Positions 1-8,617 of a stretch of DNA of 16,231 nucleotides are shown piece after piece; position 1 is the first letter of the stretch, and each line of letters opens with the position of its first letter. The DNA is from a virus (taxonomy: Duplodnaviria; Heunggongvirae; Uroviricota; Caudoviricetes): IMG/VR virus record IMGVR_UViG_3300047445_000122. One strand, given 5' to 3'. Under the pieces are notes generated by a model. That model was not told the DNA's origin. It saw nothing but the letters and a program-made list of their open reading frames with translations, and did no database searches. A program made the translations under genes and the position numbers.

Positions 1-1
1 T

Positions 2-880
2 CCAAGCCAATTCGAGCAAGAGCACAACGTCAAGTTCCTGGGTTCCTCAGGCTCCCTGATCCCAGCTCTGGTACTGGAGAAGATGCAGTGGGCAAACCCA
101 CTCAACTTTGACCCATTCTTCCAAGTGTATGAATACCCTCAAGAGAATCGCCGCTATGTTGCTGTGGCTGACTGCTCTGAGGGTGTTGGTCAAGACTATG
201 CTGTATGTACAGTCTTTGATGTCAGTGTGATCCCGTACAAAGTCGTGGCTAAGTACAGGAATAACGAGATTGGTCCACTGCTGTTCCCATACCAGCTCAT
301 GTCGATCTGTGAGAACTACAACAACTGTCCTCTCCTGATCGAATCCAACAATGACGTTGGCGGTCAAGTGTCCTACATCATGTATTATGAACTTGAGTAC
401 CCGGAGGTCATCTTGACCTCCAACGACGACAAGGGCATGAGTGTGAAGGTTGGTGGCGCTAGACCGAAGCCTGGTGTGAAAACAACAAGCAAGGTGAAGA
501 TGATTGGTTGTGCCAATCTGAAGACCATGCTTGAGAACGGCAAGTTGCTGATCGAAGACCAGACTATGCTGGAAGAGCTGGGAACATTCATCGCCAAGGG
601 CAACAGTTACGAGGCCGATGAGGGTTGTCATGATGATACTGTGATGACACTGGTTCTCTTCTCTTGGTTGATGAAGCAAGACTGGTTCGTGGACTACACA
701 TCGACCAACATCCAAGACAGTTTGCACGATAACAACATTCAGCGGCTGAAAGATGAGCTGCTGCCATTCTTCCCTCCAGCGAATCATGAGGCCGACAAGC
801 CAGTGATGATCGTCAATGGATTCATCTGTACTGATGGCTCAGCCTCCGGGTTGAGCTTTGATGACTGGATGCGTTCTTGA
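2..880 (+). CDS. gp17: Large terminase subunit, C-terminal nuclease part (5'-truncated by window edge)
   Basis: The frame of ORF 83..880 is open back to position 2 (PSQFEQEHNVKFLGSSGSLI, resembling T4 gp17 QFRQEH...GTSGTLI). Nuclease motifs VADCSEGVGQDY and HDDTVMTLVLFSWL are present. Lies upstream of the sheath gene as in T4-like phages. Confidence 0.96.
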   Translation, partial: PSQFEQEHNVKFLGSSGSLIPALVLEKMQWANPLNFDPFFQVYEYPQENRRYVAVADCSEGVGQDYAVCTVFDVSVIPYKVVAKYRNNEIGPLLFPYQLMSICENYNNCPLLIESNNDVGGQVSYIMYYELEYPEVILTSNDDKGMSVKVGGARPKPGVKTTSKVKMIGCANLKTMLENGKLLIEDQTMLEELGTFIAKGNSYEADEGCHDDTVMTLVLFSWLMKQDWFVDYTSTNIQDSLHDNNIQRLKDELLPFFPPANHEADKPVMIVNGFICTDGSASGLSFDDWMRS

Positions 881-892
881 TCAAGCTGGCTG

Positions 893-899
893 CTAAATA
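893..899 (+). promoter_or_regulatory. Putative late promoter -10 element (CTAAATA) for sheath operon
   Basis: Intergenic, 33 nt upstream of the gp18 ATG and followed by an AGGAG SD. Resembles T4 late TATAAATA and the CTAAGTA motif seen before other late genes here. Confidence 0.7.
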
Positions 900-932
900 G
901 ACTGTACGACTTTAATTCATAGGAGTGACACA

Positions 933-3410
933 ATGTTCAACATTTCTCCGAGCATCACCATCCAAGAGACAGACCTGACTCTGAGCGTGGTGACTCTGGC
1001 TGATTATATCGGCGCATCCGCCGGTTTCGCCCAGTGGGGCCCAGCCGACAAGCCAACGCTGATCACGACCGGCGAAGATGAACTGATCTCCATCTTCCAG
1101 AAGCCAGATGACAACACGTATCTGGACTTGCTGACGATGACTGACTTCTTCGCTTACTCTCCGAAGGCATGGTACACACGCGTGGTTGGCCCAACGGCTA
1201 AAAACGCCACTGAGAGCGGTTTCACTGCCCTCCTGGCGAAAAACGATGACGACATTCAGGTGGGCCAAGACATCGGCACATTCAACGGCATCCAGTTCCT
1301 GGCGAAATATCCGGGCGCTCTGGGTAACGGTCTGATGGTCGATATCGCTGACACCGCTAAGTTCCAGACCTGGGAGTTCAAGAACGCCTTCAACTACGCA
1401 CCGAAAGCTGGTGAGTATGCTATCGCCGTGGTAGACACGAGTGGCAACTTCAGCTCTGGCGTGGGTGAAGCAAAGCAACAAGAACGCCTGAGCCTGTATG
1501 GCGCGAAAGTAGTTGGTGGCGTCCGTGAAGCCCGTACCGCGACCCTGTCCGGTGCTGTCTCCGTTGGTACCAACCAAATCGACAACATCAGCTTCCAAGG
1601 CACCCTGACTGCTGACACCACCCTGACCCTGTCTGGCGTGACTGTGAATCTGCTGTCTGGCGACACCGCCCTGACTGCTGCAACCAAGACCGCTACGGCT
1701 CTGGCTGCTGCCACCGCAACCTACTCTGCTGCGACTGCTACTGGCACGACTGTCAGCGCAACTCGCACCGCCAAAGGTCTGTTCGCCGCCCCGGCTTCGA
1801 GCAATGCCAATGGCCTGACCGTTGTGGGTACTATCGCCCTGCCAGGTTCCAACACCGGCAATCTGACCATCATGGATATCACAATCCCTGTGGTTGATGG
1901 CGATTCCATCGCAACGACCCGTCAAGCGATCATCGACGCAATGCTGGCTCGCCCGAACCAGTACACCGCCGTGACTCCTGGCGCCGCTGGCGTGATCAAC
2001 TTCTCCTACACGGCTTATGGCCCTTCCGGGAAGCCAACCGCCAACGAGACCTCCGCTGGTGTGACTGCTGCCTACACCATCACGACTCCTGGTAGCAACT
2101 CTGCTAACATCAGCGTGTTCGGTAACACTGTGGCCGTCCTGAACGGCGAATCCCCAGCCCAGACCGCTGTTCGCATTGCGACCGTTCTGCAAGGTGACGC
2201 AGCCTTCTCGAACCTGTATGAAAGCGTGACTGCTGATGGCGCTTCGGTGACCTACCGTCGCAAGGTTGTGGGACGTTTCGACTTCGCTGCGAATCCTGCT
2301 GACCAAGTTGGTATCTCCTTCGGTGTGTCAGCTTCAGTGGTTGGACGCCTGGGCACGATCCTGGAACAGTATGAGATTGTCACCACTGACAAGACCTCAC
2401 GCTATCCTGACGGCAGCTCCCGCTACTACGCTGATGCGATCAAGAGCCGTTCCAAGTATGTGTTCGTTGGTGACCGCAAGGTTGCTCTGAGCGCACGCTC
2501 TGTGAAGCTGGTTGGCGGTGTGGACGACTACAACACCACTCGTGTTGCTGCTCTGTCTCGCTACGACAACGCCGAACAAATGGATCTGAACTACGTGTTC
2601 ACCGCTGGTGGCCCGACTGAACAGAAAGCCATTGGTGATGTCGTTGAGACCCGCCGTGACTGTATCGCCTTCTTCGCCCCGGCTCTGTCGGATGTGGTTA
2701 ACACACCTGGCAATGAACTGGCGAACGTCAAGACCTGGCGCAACAACGTCCTGAACCGCGATACCTCGTATGGCGTGTGCGTGGACAACTGGGGTCTGGT
2801 GTACGACAAGTACAACGATGTGAATCGCTGGATTCCTGCTGTTGCTGGTACTGCTGGTCTGATGGCCCGTACTGCTTATGAAGTTGACCCATGGGTAAGC
2901 CCAGCCGGTCACCAACGTGGCAAGTACAAGCGCTACCTGAAGATGGCCTGGTCTGCGAACAAAGCACAACGTGACGAGCTGTACAAGATCGGTGTGAACT
3001 CCATCGTGACCTTCCCGAATGAAGGCATCGTTCTGTTCGGTGACAAGACCGCAACGACCCGCCCAAGCTCATTCGACCGCATCAATGTCCGTATGGCATT
3101 CATTGTGGCTGAGAAGTCCATCGCCAACTTCGCCAAGCAGTTCCTGTTTGAAGTGAACGATGCCTTCACCCAGTCGCAGTTCTTGAACGCTGTCCGTCCA
3201 TTCCTGCGTAACATGGTCTCGCGCCGTGCGTTCGAGGATGCAAAGGTCATCGCTGACGACACCAACAACACCGGCTACATCAAGTCCACGAACCAGTTTG
3301 TGGGTACGATCCTGCTGAAACCTCTTTACTCGATCAATTTCATCAACCTCAATTTTGTCGCAGTGGGCCCATCGGTCAGCTTCGATGAAGTGGTTTCCCA
3401 ACTGAGCTGA
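933..3410 (+). CDS. gp18: Tail sheath protein with large repeat-containing insertion
   Basis: N-terminus SPSITIQETDLT...GFAQWGP and C-terminus WVSPAG, GIVLFGDKT, FDRINVR, INFINLNFVA are typical of T4 gp18. AGGAG SD at 921-925. Confidence 0.97.
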   Translation: MFNISPSITIQETDLTLSVVTLADYIGASAGFAQWGPADKPTLITTGEDELISIFQKPDDNTYLDLLTMTDFFAYSPKAWYTRVVGPTAKNATESGFTALLAKNDDDIQVGQDIGTFNGIQFLAKYPGALGNGLMVDIADTAKFQTWEFKNAFNYAPKAGEYAIAVVDTSGNFSSGVGEAKQQERLSLYGAKVVGGVREARTATLSGAVSVGTNQIDNISFQGTLTADTTLTLSGVTVNLLSGDTALTAATKTATALAAATATYSAATATGTTVSATRTAKGLFAAPASSNANGLTVVGTIALPGSNTGNLTIMDITIPVVDGDSIATTRQAIIDAMLARPNQYTAVTPGAAGVINFSYTAYGPSGKPTANETSAGVTAAYTITTPGSNSANISVFGNTVAVLNGESPAQTAVRIATVLQGDAAFSNLYESVTADGASVTYRRKVVGRFDFAANPADQVGISFGVSASVVGRLGTILEQYEIVTTDKTSRYPDGSSRYYADAIKSRSKYVFVGDRKVALSARSVKLVGGVDDYNTTRVAALSRYDNAEQMDLNYVFTAGGPTEQKAIGDVVETRRDCIAFFAPALSDVVNTPGNELANVKTWRNNVLNRDTSYGVCVDNWGLVYDKYNDVNRWIPAVAGTAGLMARTAYEVDPWVSPAGHQRGKYKRYLKMAWSANKAQRDELYKIGVNSIVTFPNEGIVLFGDKTATTRPSSFDRINVRMAFIVAEKSIANFAKQFLFEVNDAFTQSQFLNAVRPFLRNMVSRRAFEDAKVIADDTNNTGYIKSTNQFVGTILLKPLYSINFINLNFVAVGPSVSFDEVVSQLS

Positions 3411-4051
3411 TGCTGACAGTTCGATCACAGCTCTATTGGGAACGATACTGCAGGTTGATCGAACTGGTAAGGGCAAATCCTAATTTACAGGGGTATGTGG
3501 AGAAACACCACATTCTTCCTGTAAGTCTGGGAGGAACAAACGAAGCCGACAACCTGATCGACTTGACTGCCAGACAGCACTTCCTTGCACATTGGTTGCT
3601 ATGGAAGGCTCTGGACTCCAAAGAAATGGCCTCTGCCTTTGTTCTGATGACCCACCGCATGAGCAATCGTCGCGGGAAGGATTATGAGCAGGCTAAGGTC
3701 AAACACGCGGAGTCCATGAGCATCAAGTTCACAGGAAGCAAGCGCAGCGATGAGTTGAAAGCTAAGATGTCTGCCATCTGGAAGGGCGTACCCAAGACTG
3801 AACCCCAACGTGAGGCCATGAGACGGTCAAACAAGAGGGCGATGCTTGGTAAAACTCTTTCTGACGAGACCAAGACAAAGATGAGTGAAGCCCGTACCGG
3901 CGCGACACACTCTGAAGACGTCAAGGAGAAAATCAGACAGGCCGCTTTGAACAAACCAAAGACAGCTTGTACTCACTGTGGGACTTTGTGCGCTCCTCAT
4001 ACCCTGAAGCGTTTCCATATGGACAATTGTAAAATTTTAAGGAATAACTGA
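3410..4051 (+). CDS. Free-standing HNH homing endonuclease (NUMOD3-like repeats, C-terminal Cys/His zinc motif)
   Basis: EKHHILPVSLGGTNEADNLIDLTARQHFLAHWLL HNH motif; repeats KRSDELKAKMS, TLSDETKTKMSEARTG, HSEDVKEKIR; C-terminal CTHCG...HMDNC. ATG overlaps the gp18 stop (TGATG). Confidence 0.9.
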   Translation: MLTVRSQLYWERYCRLIELVRANPNLQGYVEKHHILPVSLGGTNEADNLIDLTARQHFLAHWLLWKALDSKEMASAFVLMTHRMSNRRGKDYEQAKVKHAESMSIKFTGSKRSDELKAKMSAIWKGVPKTEPQREAMRRSNKRAMLGKTLSDETKTKMSEARTGATHSEDVKEKIRQAALNKPKTACTHCGTLCAPHTLKRFHMDNCKILRNN

Positions 4052-4052
4052 T

Positions 4053-4580
4053 ATGAGTTCAATCTCTGCATTCCGTGGCGCGATCCGCTCCGGTGTCCAA
4101 AGACAGCACAAGTGGGAAGTCCAAATCAACTTCCCAGCCTATGCTGGCTCCAATGACACCGTGCGTCAAGCCTCCCTTCTGGCCCGCACTACCGCACTGC
4201 CAGAATCCACTCTGGGTGTGATGGACGTGAACTGGGGTGGTCGTACACTGCCTCTGCCAGGCGACCGCACCTATGGTGAGTTCAGCATCAACTTCATCGG
4301 TGTGAACGACAACAACGTCTACTTCGCATTCCAGCGTTGGTCTGAAGCCATCAACGGCTCGGACAGCAACTCCGGTCTGACGGCTCTGGACGACTTCATG
4401 CGTGACGTTCAACTCCAGCTGAAGGACATGGGCGATGCCACCACCATGACCTACATTCTGCGCGACGCATGGCCTACCGTGGTCAGCGGTGTGGAACTGG
4501 ACTCCGGTGCTCTGGACAGCTACACTGACTTCACCGTCACGTTCCGCTACGTCAACTACAGCAACGACGTTTCCCGCTAA
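4053..4580 (+). CDS. gp19: Tail tube protein
   Basis: 175 aa; LPESTLG...WGGRTLPLPGDRTY and RDAWPT..SGVELDS...FTVTF are gp19-like. AAGGA SD; position after the sheath gene. Confidence 0.95.
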   Translation: MSSISAFRGAIRSGVQRQHKWEVQINFPAYAGSNDTVRQASLLARTTALPESTLGVMDVNWGGRTLPLPGDRTYGEFSINFIGVNDNNVYFAFQRWSEAINGSDSNSGLTALDDFMRDVQLQLKDMGDATTMTYILRDAWPTVVSGVELDSGALDSYTDFTVTFRYVNYSNDVSR

Positions 4581-4599
4581 ACGTCAGTTGGCAATACTG

Positions 4600-4630
4600 A
4601 AAGCCCCTGGATCACCCAGGGGCTTTTTCT
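4600..4630 (+). terminator. Rho-independent terminator after gp19
   Basis: AAAGCCCCTGG-atcac-CCAGGGGCTTT stem followed by TT; GC-rich stem plus U-tract. Confidence 0.9.
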
Positions 4631-4639
4631 TTGAGTATG

Positions 4640-4647
4640 TATAAGTA
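4640..4647 (+). promoter_or_regulatory. Putative late promoter (TATAAGTA) for portal
   Basis: One mismatch from T4 TATAAATA, 27 nt upstream of the gp20 ATG, immediately after the terminator. Confidence 0.75.
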
Positions 4648-4674
4648 CCATATACATTCAACAAGGAGCGCCTG

Positions 4675-6510
4675 ATGGCATTCACTTTCGGTAGCAACAC
4701 CGGCATGTTCGGTGGCCGATTCGCCCAACTCTTCAATCCAGGCTGGGTCAAGCCCCAATCAGAAGATGCCCAAGAGTTGCGAATCCAAAAACAAGCCCTT
4801 CAGGTATTGGAACCTGACAGCGGCGCACAGATCATTGATGATAGCCTGTATCACAGCCCGACACTGGCTATCGAAGCATCCTTCCAATCCTCAGCAGCCC
4901 TCATCAATGAGTACCGGGCGATGGCGGTTGACTTGGATGTTGACATGGCAATCGATGACATCATCAACGCCATGATCACCACTGACGAGGATGAACCATG
5001 TATCTCCCTGAACCTGGATGACGTAGATGGGTTGTCTGAGTCCACAAAGAACGCCATCATTGAGGAATTCCAAATCATCCTCGACCTCCTGGAAATGGAG
5101 GAGACTGCCTATGAGAAGGCCAAGTCATGGTATGTGGACGGTCGACAATACTACCAAGTGGTGGTTGACGATGTCAACAAGAAAGACGGCATCCAAGCTC
5201 TGATCCAGCTCGATCCACGAGCCATGAAGAAGATCAAGGAAGTGACTCGCAGGACTGACCCTGAGTCCCGAATCGAAGTGGTTGACAAGGTCGATGAATA
5301 CTATCTGTACAACCCTGCTTGGGTAGTGGACATGACTGGTAACGCTGCCCTGGGTATCCCAGGCGGTATCGCCCCTCACTCCTTGACTGGTCGCATCGGA
5401 GCCCAACAAGTCCTGAAGATTCCGACTGACGCTGTGTCCTTTGTGCACTCAGGCTTGATGTCTCCAGAAGGCAACCTGGTCTTCAGTAACCTGGAGAAGG
5501 CTCGCAAGCCCCTCAACAACCTGCGCATGATGCGTGACGCATTGGTGATCTATCGTATCACCCGCGCCCCGGAGCGCCGTGCGTTCTACATTGACGTTGG
5601 TTCTCTGCCGAAGAAAGCAGCTGCTGAGTACGTCACCGAGTACATGAACCGTCACCGCACCAAGGTCAACTATGACCCTGTGTCTGGTAAGGTCTCCGGG
5701 AACTCCTACCAGCAGACAATGCTTGAGGACTTCTGGTTGCCTCGCCGCGAAGGTGGGCGTGGTACTGAGATTGTCCAGCTGGAAGGTGGGCAACACCTCG
5801 GAGAGATTGATGACATCATGTACTTCCAGAAATTGCTGTTCCGTGCACTGAACGTGCCGATGAACCGTCTGGAGGATGATGGTGGCGCTAGTCTGATCCT
5901 GGGTGGTAGCGGCGCTGAGATCACTCGTGACGAATGGAAGTTCAACAAGTTTGTCCAACGCCTGCGCCGTCGCTATTCCGGCCTGTTCAAAGACCTCTTG
6001 CGGATTCAATTGGATCTGAAGGGCATTTGCAAGGCCAATGAGTGGGACGAAATGGCTTCAAAAATCCGGTTTGACTACGCTTCTGACTCATACGTCAAGA
6101 ACCAGCAGGAAAGCCAGGAAATGATCAACCGCCTTGGTGCGCTTGCTCAAGCCGATGCCTTTGTTGGCAAGTATTTCTCCCGCGATTGGGTGCGCCGTGA
6201 AATCCTGAAGCAGTCTGATGAAGAGATCACCCACCAGGATGAACTCATGGAAACTGAAAATCAAGCCGACCTCGACAACAAGGTGACAGAGCAAGAAGCC
6301 ATGAACTCAGTCGATCCACGCTTGTCAGCCTTCAACGGGCTTGAGCCTGCTGACGATGATGGTGGTGGAGACAACCCGTTTGCTAAGGGAGGTGGCGCAG
6401 CGAAGCCTGCTAAGCCTGCTGCGAAGTCAGCCGGGAAGTCACCAGAAAGCCCTTCCTCAGGCACCGGAGCCATTCAACCTGAGAAACCCTCAGGCGGCAC
6501 CAAGAAGTGA
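4675..6510 (+). CDS. gp20: Portal protein
   Basis: Motifs LINEYRAMA, WYVDGR, NNLRMMRDALVIYRITRAPERRAFYIDVG.LPK, MLEDFWLPRREGGRGTEI, DDIMYFQKLLFRALNVP. AAGGAG SD. Confidence 0.98.
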   Translation: MAFTFGSNTGMFGGRFAQLFNPGWVKPQSEDAQELRIQKQALQVLEPDSGAQIIDDSLYHSPTLAIEASFQSSAALINEYRAMAVDLDVDMAIDDIINAMITTDEDEPCISLNLDDVDGLSESTKNAIIEEFQIILDLLEMEETAYEKAKSWYVDGRQYYQVVVDDVNKKDGIQALIQLDPRAMKKIKEVTRRTDPESRIEVVDKVDEYYLYNPAWVVDMTGNAALGIPGGIAPHSLTGRIGAQQVLKIPTDAVSFVHSGLMSPEGNLVFSNLEKARKPLNNLRMMRDALVIYRITRAPERRAFYIDVGSLPKKAAAEYVTEYMNRHRTKVNYDPVSGKVSGNSYQQTMLEDFWLPRREGGRGTEIVQLEGGQHLGEIDDIMYFQKLLFRALNVPMNRLEDDGGASLILGGSGAEITRDEWKFNKFVQRLRRRYSGLFKDLLRIQLDLKGICKANEWDEMASKIRFDYASDSYVKNQQESQEMINRLGALAQADAFVGKYFSRDWVRREILKQSDEEITHQDELMETENQADLDNKVTEQEAMNSVDPRLSAFNGLEPADDDGGGDNPFAKGGGAAKPAKPAAKSAGKSPESPSSGTGAIQPEKPSGGTKK

Positions 6511-6517
6511 ATCTAGG

Positions 6518-6552
6518 GTGGTTCTGCTGGCTCAGAGAACCACTCAATTTTT
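6518..6552 (+). terminator. Weak hairpin/possible terminator after portal
   Basis: GTGGTTCT (6518-6525) pairs with AGAACCAC (6536-6543); a T-run follows only after a short gap (TCAATTTTT). Confidence 0.45.
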
Positions 6553-6557
6553 ATCAA

Positions 6558-6564
6558 CTAAGTA
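6558..6564 (+). promoter_or_regulatory. Putative late promoter (CTAAGTA) for gp67-gp21
   Basis: Recurrent intergenic motif, 28 nt upstream of ATG 6593. Confidence 0.75.
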
Positions 6565-6592
6565 CGTTGTACAATCAAACTGGAGACCAGTA

Positions 6593-6751
6593 ATGGACAA
6601 AGATGAACTGATCGAAACGATCCTGGAAGGCAACGAAGCGACTGCCAAGGTGAACATTGAAGCTCTGTTGAACCAGAAGCGCGATGAAGTCCTGGCGATT
6701 GCCAAGCAGAAATACGGCAAGACCGCCCTGACCGGCGCGAACGCTGAGTAA
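6593..6751 (+). CDS. gp67: Prohead core protein, gp67-like (52 aa)
   Basis: True start is ATG 6593 with a GGAG SD (ORF track over-extends to 6341). MDKDELIETILEGNEATAKVNIEALLNQKRDEVLAIAK resembles T4 gp67 (LIEAIKSNDLVAARKLF). Syntenic between portal and protease. Confidence 0.75.
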   Translation: MDKDELIETILEGNEATAKVNIEALLNQKRDEVLAIAKQKYGKTALTGANAE

Positions 6752-6786
6752 CGGCCTAGCCGTTGACCTGAGAGAGGTATGTCACA

Positions 6787-7440
6787 ATGAAGATGCTACG
6801 CGAGACCTCAGCCCCGATGCTGGAGGTGTTGACGGAGCAGACTGCTACAGGCAAGAAGCTGTATCTGGAAGGCCCGTTCCTACTGGCCGAACGCTACAAC
6901 CGCAACCGCCGCCGCTACAGCCGCCCGGTTATGGAGTCTGCTGTTGACCAATACATTCAAGAGTACATCAGTGAACGTCGTGCCCTTGGTGAACTCAACC
7001 ACCCTGATTACCCATTCCCTGATCCTCGCAAAGCGGCGATCATGACCCAATCCCTGGATTGGAAAGGCGATGAGGTGATTGGTAAAGCGCTGGTGTTGAA
7101 CACCCCGGACGGCGAGATCATCAAAGCCCTCCTGGATGCTGAATTCAAACTTGGCGTGTCCAGCCGTGGTCTTGGTGATGTCAATGAGAATCGTGACGGA
7201 ACATCTGATGTCATCAGTTTCCTCCTGAACGCCATTGATGCTGTTGACCTCCCATCTGGCCAGACCTGCTACGTGAACTCTGTGAATGAGTCTGTGTCAT
7301 GGGTTCAAAAGAATGGTGTCTGGATTCATGAGATGGCCAAGACACAACCAGGCTCGAAGCCTGACCGCCTGATCGAAGCACTGGACGAAATGTTCAAGAC
7401 CTTCCGCAAGTCTGAGGGTGGCTTGATCTTGGCAAATTGA
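6787..7440 (+). CDS. gp21: Prohead protease
   Basis: LYLEGPFL, NRNRRRY, ALGELNHP (catalytic His region) and LGVSSRGLG (catalytic Ser region). GAGGT SD. Confidence 0.97.
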   Translation: MKMLRETSAPMLEVLTEQTATGKKLYLEGPFLLAERYNRNRRRYSRPVMESAVDQYIQEYISERRALGELNHPDYPFPDPRKAAIMTQSLDWKGDEVIGKALVLNTPDGEIIKALLDAEFKLGVSSRGLGDVNENRDGTSDVISFLLNAIDAVDLPSGQTCYVNSVNESVSWVQKNGVWIHEMAKTQPGSKPDRLIEALDEMFKTFRKSEGGLILAN

Positions 7441-7443
7441 TGC

Positions 7444-7450
7444 CTAAGTA
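7444..7450 (+). promoter_or_regulatory. Putative late promoter (CTAAGTA) for scaffold
   Basis: Intergenic copy of the motif, 39 nt upstream of ATG 7490. Confidence 0.75.
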
Positions 7451-7489
7451 GTTTTGTTACCAATTCAACAAATAAGGAATCCCATCCAA

Positions 7490-8515
7490 ATGGATAAAAT
7501 CAAACAACTGATGGAACAGGCTGGCATCCCAGCTGAGTTCGGTGCTAAGGCTTCAGTGCTGTTCAGTGCCTCCGTGAATGAGGCTGTTGAAGACCGCGTT
7601 GCCAAGGAAGTGAAGCGTATCCAAGAAGCTGCTGAAGCTAACCTGGATAAGGCCAAGGAAGACTGGATCAAGGAATCTGAAGAAGACCTCGACAAGTTCC
7701 TGGACACAGCCATCAAAGAATGGACCGAAAAGAACGCCTCTGCTCTGGCTGGCTCCGTGAAAGTCTCGATGGCTGAGAAGGTGCTGCGTAGCATCAAGGA
7801 AGCCCTGGAAGCTGAAGGCATCGAAGCTCCTGAAGCCGACAAAGACGGCGCACTGAAGGAAGCTCAAGATGAAATCGACGGCCTGAAAGAGTCCATCGAA
7901 GACCTGAAGGCTGAGCTGGAAGAGTCCAAGCGTCAAGTCGTGGAGTTCACCAAGCGTGACATCCTCCGCGAAGCGACTGCCAAGATGACCCGTGTGTCTG
8001 CTGACCGCGTGACGAAGCTGGCTGAGAACGTCACCTTCAAAGATGCCAAGCAATTCGCACGCTCTGTTCTGACCCTGGCTGAAGCATTCGGCGCGAAGAT
8101 CAAGCTGAAGGAAGACCTGGCTGATGAGAACAAGGATGGCGACAAGCCTGGCGTTGCTGGTTCTTCCGATGCTGGTCCTGGCGAACAAGACAAGGCTGCT
8201 ATCGGCACCCTGAACGCTGACGGCAAGCTGCTGGAAAATGACGGTGACAAGAACAGCCCGACTGTTCCTGCTCTGGATGCTGGCGCCAACAGCGAAAACG
8301 CCTCTGTGGGCTCCTACTTCTGCGTTGAGTCGGAAGACATGACGGACGAAGACAAGGCCAAGCTGGAAGAAGCAAAACGCAAGCTGAAGGAAGATGCTGG
8401 CGTTGACACCGTTGTGAACGATGATGGCAAAGGCGACAAGTCGCAAGAACCAAAATCTGTGACTGAATCCACCCTGGACATCGTGGCTCTGACCATGAAG
8501 TCCCTGCGCGGTTAA
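7490..8515 (+). CDS. gp22: Prohead core scaffold protein (341 aa)
   Basis: ATG 7490 preceded by AAGGA SD (7474-7478). Acidic coiled-coil sequence with FLDTAIKEW..KN, between protease and major capsid genes. Confidence 0.9.
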   Translation: MDKIKQLMEQAGIPAEFGAKASVLFSASVNEAVEDRVAKEVKRIQEAAEANLDKAKEDWIKESEEDLDKFLDTAIKEWTEKNASALAGSVKVSMAEKVLRSIKEALEAEGIEAPEADKDGALKEAQDEIDGLKESIEDLKAELEESKRQVVEFTKRDILREATAKMTRVSADRVTKLAENVTFKDAKQFARSVLTLAEAFGAKIKLKEDLADENKDGDKPGVAGSSDAGPGEQDKAAIGTLNADGKLLENDGDKNSPTVPALDAGANSENASVGSYFCVESEDMTDEDKAKLEEAKRKLKEDAGVDTVVNDDGKGDKSQEPKSVTESTLDIVALTMKSLRG

Positions 8516-8529
8516 TCAATTTCAACCCA

Positions 8530-8536
8530 CTAAGTA
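8530..8536 (+). promoter_or_regulatory. Putative late promoter (CTAAGTA) for major capsid gene
   Basis: Intergenic copy, 81 nt upstream of the gp23 ATG. Confidence 0.75.
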
Positions 8537-8544
8537 AATCGTTA

Positions 8545-8577
8545 GCAGGGAGAGAAGACAAAAGTCAACCTCCCTGC
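8545..8577 (+). promoter_or_regulatory. 5'-leader stem-loop of gp23 mRNA
   Basis: GCAGGGAG (8545-8552) / CTCCCTGC (8570-8577) 8-bp stem with inner GAC-AAAA-GTC, located just after the predicted start site. Confidence 0.65.
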
Positions 8578-8617
8578 AAGATTCAACAAATTCATCCTAT
8601 TTTGAGAGGAAGTTAAG

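Noticed and set aside
249-255. CTAAGTA inside the terminase gene (possible internal promoter)
   Set aside because: One or two chance 7-mer hits are expected in a 16-kb two-strand window, and there is no other support.
912-2306. 464-aa antisense ORF over the sheath gene, and similar long shadow ORFs (47-787, 7553-8446, 9158-10012, 11044-12345, 12349-13557)
   Set aside because: They are exact antisense overlaps of well-supported genes. Strong codon bias depletes stops in the mirror frame; no motifs or RBS.
6341-6592. N-terminal extension of the gp67-like ORF given by the ORF track
   Set aside because: It overlaps the portal 3' end, and a hairpin, late promoter and SD all point to ATG 6593.
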